Shown here: in pieces, positions 10,821 to 20,546 of the stretch
Numbering within the stretch: position 1 is the first letter of the stretch
How the letters are laid out: each line of letters starts with the position of its first letter
From: Pseudomonadota bacterium
Lineage (GTDB): Bacteria; Pseudomonadota; Alphaproteobacteria; Paracaedibacterales; CAIOTO01
Assembly: GCA_040389165.1 (NCBI GenBank)
Contig: JAZKAK010000048.1
Coordinates: 4,022-68,021 of the forward strand
Direction: 5' to 3'
DNA: 64,000 nucleotides
Notes under the pieces: model-generated
The model's input: only the letters and a program-made list of their open reading frames with translations
What the model was told of the DNA's origin: nothing
The model's database searches: none
Program-made: the position numbers and the translations under genes

Positions 10821-11291
10821 ATGATTAAAATAACGATATGCTTATTTATAGGGTCGGTTTTTTTTGTTAATACGACGTCAGCTGCTCTTTTTCACTTGGG
10901 GTTTGATGTATCAAAATTTTTGAGCCGCTCTCATTATTTGAATCCCCGCTATTTATCTACGCCAGGCAGAACGAAAATCCCAACTGAAACAGCGACTTGT
11001 TCACATATTGATAAAGCAGAATTCGCATGTGGAGCCCTTTTGTTGGGTGCTTTCGTAGGAGGGAGTTACATAACTAATTTACGCATGAAGATGCTTAAAG
11101 AAGTGAAAGAGGTAGGGGTAGATTCGTCATTTTCAGTTTATTCACAAGAAAATTTGATTATTAATGAAGAAGATTTGCATTTAGCGACGGGATTTCACGC
11201 TGGGGATATATCTGTTATTAGGACTCTTTCGGAACTAATGTCGACATTTGTAAATTCTGGAGACCATGGCACGTTGCCACCTGGTGACTGA
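10821..11291 (+). CDS. hypothetical small protein with signal peptide and one further hydrophobic segment
   Basis: 156-aa ORF with AGGAG-like RBS (aaaggagag) upstream. Signal-like ICLFIGSVFFVNTTSA. No recognisable domain. Confidence 0.4.
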   Translation: MIKITICLFIGSVFFVNTTSAALFHLGFDVSKFLSRSHYLNPRYLSTPGRTKIPTETATCSHIDKAEFACGALLLGAFVGGSYITNLRMKMLKEVKEVGVDSSFSVYSQENLIINEEDLHLATGFHAGDISVIRTLSELMSTFVNSGDHGTLPPGD

Positions 11292-11309
11292 AAAGATAAA
11301 TTTCCTACC

Positions 11310-12302
11310 TTAATTTGTAACGATGAGCGTCTTAAACAATGATCCCATGGCCGATGGAGCCGTCAGTCGTGCGGTTCCTGTGCGCAAATTTGTACTATGT
11401 GCAGGGGTTCGTTGAACAAGATATTCAGTACGTTCATTGATGCCATTTTGAATTAAAAATTCACCTTGTGTGGTGAGCGTGGTAGATAGTGGTTCCATAA
11501 GCTGTTTTATCGATGCAAAATCAACCTGATGGGAGAGATCAGCCTTCCCCATATGATTAAAAACTGATACGCGTTGATGCCTATTTACAGCCTGCATGGT
11601 ATCACCTGTGCGTTGCGCGCATTCATCTCCATAATCAATGATAAGTGCCATTCCTTCACCGTGCGTGAGGCGCCGTTTAATTTCGACGGCTATGCTTAGT
11701 GATGTTTCAGAGGTTTCACTGATTTGCTCATGTGGTGCGTGGGGAATGAAATGCCAGCTATCTTTTTCATTATGGGTAATCAGTCGTTCACGATGTTCTT
11801 TTGTAATAGGATCAAAAATAAATTGCTCAACCGGAAGTGCATCAAAGAATTCATTCGCAATAATGAATGTGAAGTCTGATTCAGGCACGACTGCCAGTGT
11901 CGGTGCATGTGTTATCTCGTCTCCAAGCAAGGCTTTTTGCTGTTGTAGCAGGGCTGGACAAATCTCAATTAGATAAATAATGAGAGTATTCCAAAAATCA
12001 GGAAATTGCTTAAATGTGCGAATCATGTCTGCCATCAGCGTACCGCGTCCTGGCCCAAGCTCAGCTAACATGACTTGTTCAGGACAGCCCATTTGATGCC
12101 ATTGATTCACAAAATTAAGCGCGATAATTTCGCCAAATACCTGCGAGATTTCAGGACTTGTGATAAAATCACCTTGGCGACCAATGACGTTTGAATTGGC
12201 ATAATAACCATCAGCTGTGTCGAAGAGAATGAGATCCTGATATTCGCGTACGGTGAGAGCACCATAAGTATCGATGTGCTTTTTGAGACGTTGTTCGAGC
12301 AT
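11310..12302 (-). CDS. SAM-dependent methyltransferase, DUF185 / NDUFAF7 (MidA)-like
   Basis: GDFITSPEISQVFGE and LAELGPGRGTLMADM blocks are characteristic of the MidA/NDUFAF7 family. Confidence 0.8.
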   Translation of the reverse strand: MLEQRLKKHIDTYGALTVREYQDLILFDTADGYYANSNVIGRQGDFITSPEISQVFGEIIALNFVNQWHQMGCPEQVMLAELGPGRGTLMADMIRTFKQFPDFWNTLIIYLIEICPALLQQQKALLGDEITHAPTLAVVPESDFTFIIANEFFDALPVEQFIFDPITKEHRERLITHNEKDSWHFIPHAPHEQISETSETSLSIAVEIKRRLTHGEGMALIIDYGDECAQRTGDTMQAVNRHQRVSVFNHMGKADLSHQVDFASIKQLMEPLSTTLTTQGEFLIQNGINERTEYLVQRTPAHSTNLRTGTARLTAPSAMGSLFKTLIVTN

Positions 12303-12336
12303 TATATTAATACCTGATCATTTCTAAAACTGGTGC

Positions 12337-13059
12337 TTAACTCAAATTACTCAAAAACGTACGTGCGCGTGGTGATAATCCTTCACCTGACTCATCAAAA
12401 AATACATCTCGTGAAACATTGTCCAGCAATACACCATGATCCAAAAATAAAATATGCTCAGCCACATGACGCGCCAAACGGACTTCATGCGTGACAACTA
12501 AAATCACACGATTTGGTTGACGAAGCGCTTTAATGATTTCAGAGACTTCATTGATCAGCTCAGGGTCAAGCGCTGACGTTGGCTCATCAAACAGCAGTAC
12601 GGGGGGATCCATCATCAATGCGCGTGCGATGGCAACCCGTTGCTTTTGTCCACCAGAAAGATTGTGTGGGTGGGCTTGGCTATGTTCAGCTAGTCCGAAC
12701 TGTGCCAACAATGCATGTGCTTTGTCCAACAAGGCAACCGCCGTATCTTTTTTATGGCACGTCGGTGCAAGTAACATGTTAGCAAGCACAGTTAGGTGTG
12801 GGAATAAATTAAACCCTTGAAAAACAATACCAATTTTACCTGCAGCAAGTGTGTCAATCGGCGCATCGTTAACGATAATCGTTCCGGCGTTTTGTTTATG
12901 TAGTAGTGCTAGGCAACGGAGCAACGTTGTCTTGCCGGCGCCCGATGGCCCTAGAATGGCAAGAATCTGCCCATCTTTAACGTCAAAGGTAACAGCATCT
13001 AAAATACGCTTAGATGGATCACGCTGCATAGTAACAGTGAGTGCGTTGACATTAAGCAT
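12337..13059 (-). CDS. amino-acid ABC transporter ATP-binding protein
   Basis: Walker A GPSGAGKTT, signature LSGGQKQRVAIARAL, Walker B LLFDEPTSALD. The start is set at the ATG at 13059 (MLNVNALTV), which overlaps the permease stop in ATGCTTAA. The longer track ORF (to 13209) would overlap the permease by 150 nt. Confidence 0.9.
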   Translation of the reverse strand: MLNVNALTVTMQRDPSKRILDAVTFDVKDGQILAILGPSGAGKTTLLRCLALLHKQNAGTIIVNDAPIDTLAAGKIGIVFQGFNLFPHLTVLANMLLAPTCHKKDTAVALLDKAHALLAQFGLAEHSQAHPHNLSGGQKQRVAIARALMMDPPVLLFDEPTSALDPELINEVSEIIKALRQPNRVILVVTHEVRLARHVAEHILFLDHGVLLDNVSRDVFFDESGEGLSPRARTFLSNLS

Positions 13060-13717
13060 AAGACAAGCTCTTTTCAAGGCGTTTTGCGAAGAATGCAATA
13101 ATAAGGACCATAATATAATAGATGGCGGCAGCGATGAGAAATGGCTCAAAATAAAGATATTTATCGGCAGCAACGATTTGCGTACGTCTGAGTAAATCAG
13201 CCTCGCCAATGGTACTTACCAACGCAGATTCTTTTAATAAATTGATAAATTCATTCACTAAATTGGGTAGAATTGTACGGATAGCAAGCGGCATGATCAC
13301 ATGATAAAATGTTTGAAAACGTGATAATCCAAGTGCATGTCCCGCTTCCCATTGGCCGATATCAATGGATTGTATCCCACCACGGATGACTTCAGATGCA
13401 TAAGCAGCAGAGTTAAGTGAGAATGTTATTACTCCTGCTTCAAAAGCAGTAATATTGTAACCTGTAAAGTGTGGTATAGCGTTAAAAATGAGCGCTAGCT
13501 GCACAAGCAACGGTGTTCCACGGAATACAGAGGTATAGGCGTTTGCAAAGATGCGAAGCGGGCGAATGGTGCCAATTTTGAGCACAGCCAATAAAACAGC
13601 TAACGGTAAGCCGCATGAAATTGAAATGAGCGTGAATTTCAAGGTGACAATTACCCCGCCTAAAATATAAGGAAGGGAAGGGATCATCGCGCCAAAATCA
13701 AGGCCAGAGCTAAGCAT
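13052..13717 (-). CDS. amino-acid ABC transporter permease (His/Glu/Gln/Arg type)
   Basis: Conserved blocks FRGTPLLVQL and EAGHALGLSRFQTFYHVIMPLA (EAA loop). The start at 13717 overlaps the binding-protein stop (ATGCTTAG). Confidence 0.85.
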   Translation of the reverse strand: MLSSGLDFGAMIPSLPYILGGVIVTLKFTLISISCGLPLAVLLAVLKIGTIRPLRIFANAYTSVFRGTPLLVQLALIFNAIPHFTGYNITAFEAGVITFSLNSAAYASEVIRGGIQSIDIGQWEAGHALGLSRFQTFYHVIMPLAIRTILPNLVNEFINLLKESALVSTIGEADLLRRTQIVAADKYLYFEPFLIAAAIYYIMVLIIAFFAKRLEKSLSYA

Positions 13718-14498
13718 TTGTTTTCCCTTTGAGCCACTTGTCTTGCAGCGCCTTGAGTGAACCATCATTTTGCATTTTATGAATAATTTCATTCACAGGT
13801 GCAACAAGCGCAGAGCCTTTTGGAAAGGCAATCGCTGATGAAAATTCAGTTTCTGGTATCTCAATCATCTTAAGGCCTTTGATTTCATTCATAACGGTAT
13901 GGGCTTCTGTTTCGCCCAATACAATTCCAACAATACGCTTTACCTTTAGATTTTGAATAAGATCAGGCACTTTGCTAAGAGACTGAATTTGCATCCCCTG
14001 AACCTTTGGTAGCCATTCTTTTAGGCATATTTCATTCGTTGATCCCAACTGCACACCAACGGTTTTTCCTTTAAGATCATCCATGTTATTGATGGATGCA
14101 TCGTCTGTGATGAGTACAGTTTTTGATGTGTTGTAATGTACAGAAAAATCAATAACTTTTGCGCGCTCTTCTGTTGAGCTTAGGCATGAGATTGCTAAGT
14201 CAACGCGTTTTGATTGCAAACCACCAATAATGCTTTCAAACGGTAAATCCTGAAATTTCACTTCGCGTTTCAATTCTTTTGCAATAGCGCGCATCAAATC
14301 AATTTCAAAACCGACCATTTCACCATCTTTATAGTATTCGAATGGTGGATAGTCTGCCGATACAGCGACTGTTAATGCGGCATCTTTATCTGAACTCTTT
14401 TCGTCTTTACAACCAACGAGAAGAGATAACAGTGCAGTTATGCAGAAGAATTTTGAAAAAACAGAGGACATTGAAGAATTGCCTTTCAGAGCAAGCAA
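13710..14498 (-). CDS. amino-acid ABC transporter substrate-binding lipoprotein
   Basis: Lipobox LLVGC. PBP type-2 pattern (DYPPFEY..., FEIDL, GVQLGST). An alternative start at 14471 (MSSVF) is equally possible. Confidence 0.85.
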   Translation of the reverse strand: MLALKGNSSMSSVFSKFFCITALLSLLVGCKDEKSSDKDAALTVAVSADYPPFEYYKDGEMVGFEIDLMRAIAKELKREVKFQDLPFESIIGGLQSKRVDLAISCLSSTEERAKVIDFSVHYNTSKTVLITDDASINNMDDLKGKTVGVQLGSTNEICLKEWLPKVQGMQIQSLSKVPDLIQNLKVKRIVGIVLGETEAHTVMNEIKGLKMIEIPETEFSSAIAFPKGSALVAPVNEIIHKMQNDGSLKALQDKWLKGKTNA

Positions 14499-14537
14499 AT
14501 AAAATTGATTTTAATGAAATTGAAGAATGAAGTCCAA

Positions 14538-16070
14538 TTAAATGTGGATATGGTTAACCAATCGCCGGCGCCGTATAAGCATCACGCCCGTAAATGCCAC
14601 CGCCAGAAATATCCAAAAAGCATCATCTTTTAGTCGACTATAAACCGTCGCAGGGTGCGCCTTTGGCAACTCAAAATCGATAAAGCCAATGTCATTTAGA
14701 CCCAATTGATGCACGATCCGCCCGCACGGGTCAACGACAGCAGACACGCCGTTATTGGCAACACGCACAAGTGGCAATCCTTCTTCAATGGCACGAATGC
14801 GAACCAGTGCTAGATGTTGATATGGACCGGCTGACATGCCATACCATGCGTCATTGGTGATATTGAGAAGCCATTCAGGGCGTTTAGCGCCGGCCGATTT
14901 ATCTATGATTTCGCCTGGAAATAACGCTTCATAGCAAATTAATGGGGAAAATGGCGGGATTCCAAGAACATCCAGCGTTTTAACACCATCACCTTTTGAA
15001 AAATCAATGGCGCCTGGCGTAATCTTATCCATCGGTAGTATGTGTTTAAAGGGCACATATTCACCAAAAGGAACGAGATGTGTTTTTGCATAATGATAGG
15101 GGATCTCGCCTTTTTCATTGATAACAGAAAGGGTTGTGAATATTTTTCCGTCTTTGTGATGTGGGGCGCCTGTTATTATATAGCCGTTCTTTGGTGCAAT
15201 GCTGCTTAGAATTTCTTTGAGTTCAAGTGATTCATTCAAAATTCGTGTAACGGCGGCTTCAGGCCAAATGATGGCAGCCAGAGGACGCTCAGCTTCTAAA
15301 CTTGAAAGTCCGAGCTGAAGTTCTATATTGCGGTCAAAGCTGCTGGGCAACCATTTAAGACGCTGATCAAGGCTTGGTTGAATAAGCCGTAGATTAACAG
15401 GTAATAATTCAGTTGGCGTGCGATATAAGCGTATGCTGCCAAATAGTGCGCACCCAATAATCCCAGCTAAGGCCAGGATGCGGCATAATCGGCTTGCGCT
15501 TGTGATCAGCACGACAGCCACTATTGTCAAAAATGATAAACCATAAATGCCAATCCATGCGGTGCTTTGCAAAAGGGACAATCCTATATCAGTTAAGTAT
15601 GGCCACGTATATGCACCCCAGATTGATCCTGTTAAATTCCAGGGGAGTCCTGTTAAAATGTGCCCGCGAAGCCATTCGCAAACAGCGAATCCAATAGCAA
15701 ATGCAATACGACGCTCAATGGAGTGAGGCGCAAAGGGCAACATGAAGAAGCCATTGATTACGAAGAAGAGTGCCAAAAACGCCGATAACGCCAGAACAGC
15801 AGGAACACCAAGCCAGCCCATGTCAATGGTACAAAATGAAAGGCCAATCCAATAGAGGCCCGCTACAAAGAATCCAAGCCCAAATGTGTAAAGTCGTTCA
15901 AACAGCTGGCGTGGTGTTCGTGCGTTGTCAAGTAGATGCAAAAGCCCCCAAACAGACACAAAAAGCGCAGGCAGAAAATACAGTGGGGCAAAAGAAAGTA
16001 CAGATAACGCGCCGAGGATTAGTGCACTTATGCGTGGAGCGCCAATGAGGTGGCTGAAGATTTTGTTCAT
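14538..16070 (-). CDS. lnt: apolipoprotein N-acyltransferase
   Basis: Polytopic hydrophobic N-terminal half followed by a CN-hydrolase domain, with IWPEAA, KTHLVPFGEYVP and PLICYEALFP (Glu-Lys-Cys contexts). Confidence 0.9.
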   Translation of the reverse strand: MNKIFSHLIGAPRISALILGALSVLSFAPLYFLPALFVSVWGLLHLLDNARTPRQLFERLYTFGLGFFVAGLYWIGLSFCTIDMGWLGVPAVLALSAFLALFFVINGFFMLPFAPHSIERRIAFAIGFAVCEWLRGHILTGLPWNLTGSIWGAYTWPYLTDIGLSLLQSTAWIGIYGLSFLTIVAVVLITSASRLCRILALAGIIGCALFGSIRLYRTPTELLPVNLRLIQPSLDQRLKWLPSSFDRNIELQLGLSSLEAERPLAAIIWPEAAVTRILNESLELKEILSSIAPKNGYIITGAPHHKDGKIFTTLSVINEKGEIPYHYAKTHLVPFGEYVPFKHILPMDKITPGAIDFSKGDGVKTLDVLGIPPFSPLICYEALFPGEIIDKSAGAKRPEWLLNITNDAWYGMSAGPYQHLALVRIRAIEEGLPLVRVANNGVSAVVDPCGRIVHQLGLNDIGFIDFELPKAHPATVYSRLKDDAFWIFLAVAFTGVMLIRRRRLVNHIHI

Positions 16071-16072
16071 AT

Positions 16073-16293
16073 AGTATGATTTCCTGTTCTTACTTTGTCA
16101 TCTCCAGAGAAGGCGAATCCTTCGTGGTGACTCTACTCAGTGTCATTCCCGGACTTGATCCGGGGATCTATAAAGGTTCAACGGCAAACACATAGAGTAT
16201 TTTTATTGCGTGATACATAAAGTTTATATGCCTACTCAATGGTAGATCTTCGGATCAAGTCCGAAGATGACAAAGACAGAGTTTGGCTATGAG
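16073..16293. repeat. degenerate palindromic element (family B-like) with two hairpin modules
   Basis: GTCATTCCCGGACTTGATCCGGGGATCTA and TAGATCTTCGGATCAAGTCCGAAGATGAC modules. The ends resemble decayed B-type termini (agtatg...tttgtcat / gatgacaaag...). Confidence 0.55.
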
Positions 16294-16303
16294 GGAGTTT
16301 AGT

Positions 16304-17572
16304 TTACTTGATTACTGTAATGCCGCCCATATACGGGATCAATACATCAGGTACCGTTATCGATCCGTCAGCTTGCTGGTAATTCTCTAAAATCGCCACC
16401 ATTGTGCGTCCAACTGCCAAACCAGAGCCATTGAGTGTGTGCACAAAGTAATTTTTCCCATCTGCTTTGGACTTATAACGTGTATTCATCCGACGTGCCT
16501 GGAAATCATTGCACCGTGAACAACTGGAGATTTCACGATACGCATTTTGCCCGGGCAACCAGACTTCTAGGTCGTAGGTTTTCTCAGATGCAAATCCCAT
16601 ATCGCCAGTGCAAAGAGCAAGTGTTCTGAAGGGCAATTCAAGCTTTCTCAGAATTGTTTCAGCGGCGTCTGTCATGCGTTCATGCTCGGCAACTGATTGT
16701 TCAGGTAATGTGATGCTGACCAACTCAACCTTTGAAAATTGATGCTGGCGAATCATGCCGCGTGTGTCTTTGCCAGCTGATCCTGCTTCTGATCGAAAGC
16801 ATTGACTATAGGCCGTAAAGCGTAACGGAAGCTCTGCCTCGGTCAAAATATCACCGGCAACCAAGTTGGTTAGCGTGACTTCGGATGTCGATGTCAGCCA
16901 ATGACCAGTCGTGGTTTTAAACATATCTTCGGCAAATTTTGGTAAATGTGCAACACCATAAAGGGCCGCATCATGCACGAGTAATGGCACATAGGCCTCT
17001 GTATAACCAAATTTAGTCGTATGCGTATCAAGCATGAATTGTGCAATGGCACGCTCTAGCCGAGCAAGCGGCCCAGTAAGTACAACAAAGCGTGAACCCG
17101 ACATTTTTGCGGCCCGTTCAAAGTCCATCATCTTTAGGTTTTCACCCAATTCGAAATGCTGCTTTGGTGTGAAATCAAATTCACGTGGCGTGCCATGACG
17201 ACGGACTTCTACATTATCAGATTCATCTTTTCCATCAGGGCAATCGTTCGCCGGTAGGTTAGGAATATAGGATAAAACCGCATGCAGTTCGTTTTCGAAC
17301 ACAATTACTTCGGCTTCAAGAATTGTCATTCTATCTTTGATACGATCATTTTCCACGGTAAGCGGAGCCGTATCGCGCCCTTCTTTCTTTGCAGATCCGA
17401 ATTCTTTAGCAATTGCATTGCGACGTGTTTGTAGCTCTTGCAGGTCCGTTTGAATTTGACGAAGTTTTGTGTCGAGATCTAAAATTTCTGTCGATTGCGC
17501 GTCAAGGCCACGGCGTGCAAGGCCAGCGTTGAATTGATCAGGATTGGTGCGAATAAAGCGAATATCATGCAT
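16304..17572 (-). CDS. serS: seryl-tRNA synthetase
   Basis: N-terminal coiled-coil arm. Class II motifs (FRSEAGSAGKDTRGMIRQHQFSKVE, HTLNGSGLAVGRT). Confidence 0.95.
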   Translation of the reverse strand: MHDIRFIRTNPDQFNAGLARRGLDAQSTEILDLDTKLRQIQTDLQELQTRRNAIAKEFGSAKKEGRDTAPLTVENDRIKDRMTILEAEVIVFENELHAVLSYIPNLPANDCPDGKDESDNVEVRRHGTPREFDFTPKQHFELGENLKMMDFERAAKMSGSRFVVLTGPLARLERAIAQFMLDTHTTKFGYTEAYVPLLVHDAALYGVAHLPKFAEDMFKTTTGHWLTSTSEVTLTNLVAGDILTEAELPLRFTAYSQCFRSEAGSAGKDTRGMIRQHQFSKVELVSITLPEQSVAEHERMTDAAETILRKLELPFRTLALCTGDMGFASEKTYDLEVWLPGQNAYREISSCSRCNDFQARRMNTRYKSKADGKNYFVHTLNGSGLAVGRTMVAILENYQQADGSITVPDVLIPYMGGITVIK

Positions 17573-18317
17573 GATTTTTGTATTTTTCTATAAAGCTAAC
17601 GATAATGATAGATAAAGCATATAAAAATAACAACGGTAGCGCGAGCAAAATCATACTGAGTGCGTCTGGTGGCGTAATGATAGCCGCAAGAAGTGTCACA
17701 CCTACGACAGCGAGTCGCCAGCGTTTAATGAGGGTTTCTTTTGAGAGTATGCCAAGCCATGCGAGCCCGCCCAAGATCACAGGCAATTCAAAACTAAGCC
17801 CAAAGGCAAGTAATAGGCGCATGACTAACGATAGGTACTCACTCATTTTCGCCTCAAGCTGAAGCGGTATGCTGCCGATCATCGTTTCAAAACTGAGAAA
17901 GAAAGAGAATGCTGTGGGCAGCACAATATAATAGGCGAAAAGTGCACCTACGGTAAAAAAGAATGGAGTTGAAAATAACAAGACAAAAAATAGCACGCGC
18001 TCGCGTTTAAATAGACCTGGACTGATGAATAGCCAGGCTTGTAGCGCAATAAAGGGGAATGTGAAAAACAGACCAGCAAAAAGTGCGACTTTAAGATACG
18101 TGACAAAGGCTTCAGTAAGGTTTGTGTAGATGAACCGGCGCGCCTCACCTTTGATTGCAAAGAGGTGCTCTAGTGGTGATACAAGAATATGAAAAATGGG
18201 TTCAGACAGAAAATAAGCAATGCCAGTCCCGATGGCAAAAAATGCAAGCGATACCATAACTGCAGTACGCAGCTCGGCTACATGTTGCCAAAAGGGACGA
18301 GATGGATCAGTGATCAT
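17565..18317 (-). CDS. tatC: twin-arginine translocase subunit TatC
   Basis: FWQHVAELR N-terminal motif and six hydrophobic helices. 8-nt overlap with the serS start. Confidence 0.92.
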   Translation of the reverse strand: MITDPSRPFWQHVAELRTAVMVSLAFFAIGTGIAYFLSEPIFHILVSPLEHLFAIKGEARRFIYTNLTEAFVTYLKVALFAGLFFTFPFIALQAWLFISPGLFKRERVLFFVLLFSTPFFFTVGALFAYYIVLPTAFSFFLSFETMIGSIPLQLEAKMSEYLSLVMRLLLAFGLSFELPVILGGLAWLGILSKETLIKRWRLAVVGVTLLAAIITPPDALSMILLALPLLFLYALSIIIVSFIEKYKNHA

Positions 18318-18328
18318 AATTCTGTATC

Positions 18329-19501
18329 TTAAATAGATGGAATGCGAAATGCATCACTTAAATCCCGAATAACCTGCGATAAATACATGTTGATAGCGTC
18401 TTCCTTTAAATATTTTTCAGCGAAAGCGCGCCCGGTATTACCAATTGTCTCCGCAATTTCAGGATTCTGTTCGAGATATGTATAGACGTGTTCAAGATTT
18501 GTTAGGCCGAGGTCGATCGTAACATGTGTTTGCATGTTTGTAAGTAATGAATAAAAATATTGTTTGCAATCGGCGCGCAGCAGCAAAACAGAACCTGTAA
18601 ATAAAATGTAGGGAACGCGTGACCAAGCGGCACCGTAGCCATCCATAGATATAAGGTATTTATGACGTGCATGTTCAATAAAATCAGCTTGCGGGCCTCT
18701 TTTACAGGCGAGATTGCTCAAATACCATTCTTTGAAATCAGGCGTGACGCGTTCGGGTATGTTAATCCATTCATCACCTGTGATCATTGCATTTATGTAT
18801 GGTTTTTCTTTTGAAAGCAGAAATAGTTTTAAGCGGTCATCATTCTGCAAACTTTCCATGCGATAAATCAACGAATTGGGTCCTGTAACGCCGCCTCTGA
18901 AAAATACCGAAGGGCTTCGTTTTGCGTACACATATTCCATTTTTTGTTTTATGTCATTAACCGTGACTTTGTAATTCGGGTGCATAATATAGGGGTCTGG
19001 AATAAGGATAGCTTGGTCTGACCACAGAATTTTTGGGTGGGTGCATGTCAATAAAACGGGACATTTCTCAAAGAGCTGTTTTAACTCGAGCTGCCCCTTT
19101 TCATCGAGTGAGCCGCATTCATGCAGCGGCTCTTGCGGCATATAAACAAATGACAAGCCATCTTTAAGATCTTTTGTCATATGCGTGTTAAGCCAAGTCA
19201 GTAATTCATTTGAAAATCGCGTGTGGGGGTAGCTATCTTTCCGTTCGGGCGCCACAGGATACACTGTCCAGGCTGCATTTTTGAATGTGTAAATATAGAA
19301 CGCAGATTTAATGCCGCTGTTTTTTATATGCGCTATAAAATTGTCAAGGTCGACGTGTGAGTAGCCATTTTGCGCAAAACGATTGGTGAATTGATGCGAT
19401 AGAGCGGCGATATTAGCTGCAGTTTCTGAGGCTGTGGCGTGGCAGGTGTGTCCGTAATATAGCAAGAGCATGGCGCTTATTAGTTGATTTTTTAATTTCA
19501 C
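18329..19501 (-). CDS. CAP10 / glycosyltransferase family 90-like protein with signal peptide
   Basis: C-terminal half (HKYLISMDGYGAAWSRVPYILFTGSVLLLRADCKQYFYSLL...HV...NLEHVYTYLEQNPEIAETIGNTGRAFAEKYL) follows the GT90/CAP10 (POGLUT/KDELC-like) pattern as I recall it. N-terminus LISAMLLLYYGHTCHA is signal-like. The stop lies 11 nt upstream of the tatC start. Confidence 0.65.
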   Translation of the reverse strand: MKLKNQLISAMLLLYYGHTCHATASETAANIAALSHQFTNRFAQNGYSHVDLDNFIAHIKNSGIKSAFYIYTFKNAAWTVYPVAPERKDSYPHTRFSNELLTWLNTHMTKDLKDGLSFVYMPQEPLHECGSLDEKGQLELKQLFEKCPVLLTCTHPKILWSDQAILIPDPYIMHPNYKVTVNDIKQKMEYVYAKRSPSVFFRGGVTGPNSLIYRMESLQNDDRLKLFLLSKEKPYINAMITGDEWINIPERVTPDFKEWYLSNLACKRGPQADFIEHARHKYLISMDGYGAAWSRVPYILFTGSVLLLRADCKQYFYSLLTNMQTHVTIDLGLTNLEHVYTYLEQNPEIAETIGNTGRAFAEKYLKEDAINMYLSQVIRDLSDAFRIPSI

Positions 19502-19578
19502 GAGCTGTTCTTTTAAGCGTATGTAGTGGATGTCGAAAGTTTATCACATGAAACATGTTCGGGAAATAAATTTTGCCG

Positions 19579-19607
19579 TTGACACCAATAACATCTATCA
19601 TTAGCTT
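19579..19607 (+). promoter_or_regulatory. candidate sigma70-type promoter for tRNA-Leu
   Basis: TTGACA (19579-19584), 17-nt spacer, TAGCTT (19602-19607), about 8 nt before the mature tRNA 5' end. Confidence 0.35.
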
Positions 19608-19615
19608 AACCTTAA

Positions 19616-19702
19616 GCCCAGATGGCGAAATTGGTAGACGCACCAGCTTCAGGTGCTGGCGGGCGCAAGCTCGTGGAAGTTCGAGTCTTCTTCTGGGCAC
19701 CA
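19616..19702 (+). tRNA. tRNA-Leu (anticodon CAG), CCA encoded
   Basis: Hand-folded cloverleaf. Acceptor GCCCAGA/TCTGGGC, anticodon stem CCAGC/GCTGG with loop TTCAGGT, long variable arm, T-arm GGAAG-TTCGAGT-CTTCT, then ACCA. Confidence 0.93.
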
Positions 19703-19756
19703 TTTTTAATTACATCTCCCCCATTGGGATAAAACCCCTCATTAGGATAAAACACG

Positions 19757-20380
19757 ATGCACATTCATTTTCACACACACGATTTGCCTGAATCTTTTGT
19801 GCCAAGCGCGATTGTCGCGATGGATACCGAAGCGATGGGCCTTAATTATCATCGTGATCGTTTGTGTCTTGTGCAGTTATCGAACGGAGATGGTCATTGT
19901 CATCTTGTGCATTTTCCGACAGGGGATTTTTCACAATCACCACGGTTAAAGGCGTTGCTAACGCGGCCTGATGTAACAAAACTGTTTCATTTTGCGCGTT
20001 TTGATGTAGGGATTCTTCAATTTAGTTTTGGCATTCAGTTGAATAATGTCTATTGCACTAAGATTGCCTCACGTTTGACACGCACCTATACGGGTAAGCA
20101 TGGTTTAAAGGATTTGTGCAAGGATTTGCTGAAGATTGAAATTTCAAAGCAAGAGCAAACCTCTGATTGGGGCGCGACTGTTTTGTCGGCTGAGCAGCAA
20201 ACGTACGCAGCGACAGATGTATTACACTTGCACCAATTAAAGGAAATCTTGGATGGTTTGCTGCAACGCGAAAATCGTCATGATTTAGCTAAAGCGTGTT
20301 TTGACTTTTTGCCATATCGCGGACATCTTGATTGCACGGCGGGTGATACATTTGATATTTTTAGTTATGCGACGAATTAG
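19757..20380 (+). CDS. 3'-5' exonuclease domain protein (short RNase D-like, DEDDy)
   Basis: ExoI AMDTEAMGL, ExoII FHFARFDVGIL, ExoIII YAATDVLHLHQL. Confidence 0.8.
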   Translation: MHIHFHTHDLPESFVPSAIVAMDTEAMGLNYHRDRLCLVQLSNGDGHCHLVHFPTGDFSQSPRLKALLTRPDVTKLFHFARFDVGILQFSFGIQLNNVYCTKIASRLTRTYTGKHGLKDLCKDLLKIEISKQEQTSDWGATVLSAEQQTYAATDVLHLHQLKEILDGLLQRENRHDLAKACFDFLPYRGHLDCTAGDTFDIFSYATN

Positions 20381-20546
20381 ATTTTTATTGAGCACTTAAA
20401 AATATATTGTTACTATAAATCTTGATATATGTGGTTTTGTAAAAGAGCGAGCAATGAGTATAAAATTTAACACATGGCGATGGTATTCGGTTTAACCGAC
20501 ACACTATTCTTGTGCCTAAATTTTATGTTTAAAGAAAGCTCTTGTT

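Noticed and set aside
12337-13209. Long N-terminal extension of the ABC ATPase (start at 13209); likewise the extended starts at 13792, 24798, 45539, 42478 and 23276
   Set aside because: The extensions overlap upstream genes or add hydrophobic or nonsense leaders. The internal ATGs give canonical N-termini and translationally coupled junctions.
19413-19703. 96-aa minus-strand ORF
   Set aside because: It runs antisense through tRNA-Leu and overlaps the 5' end of the GT90 gene, so it is an artefact of the tRNA sequence.
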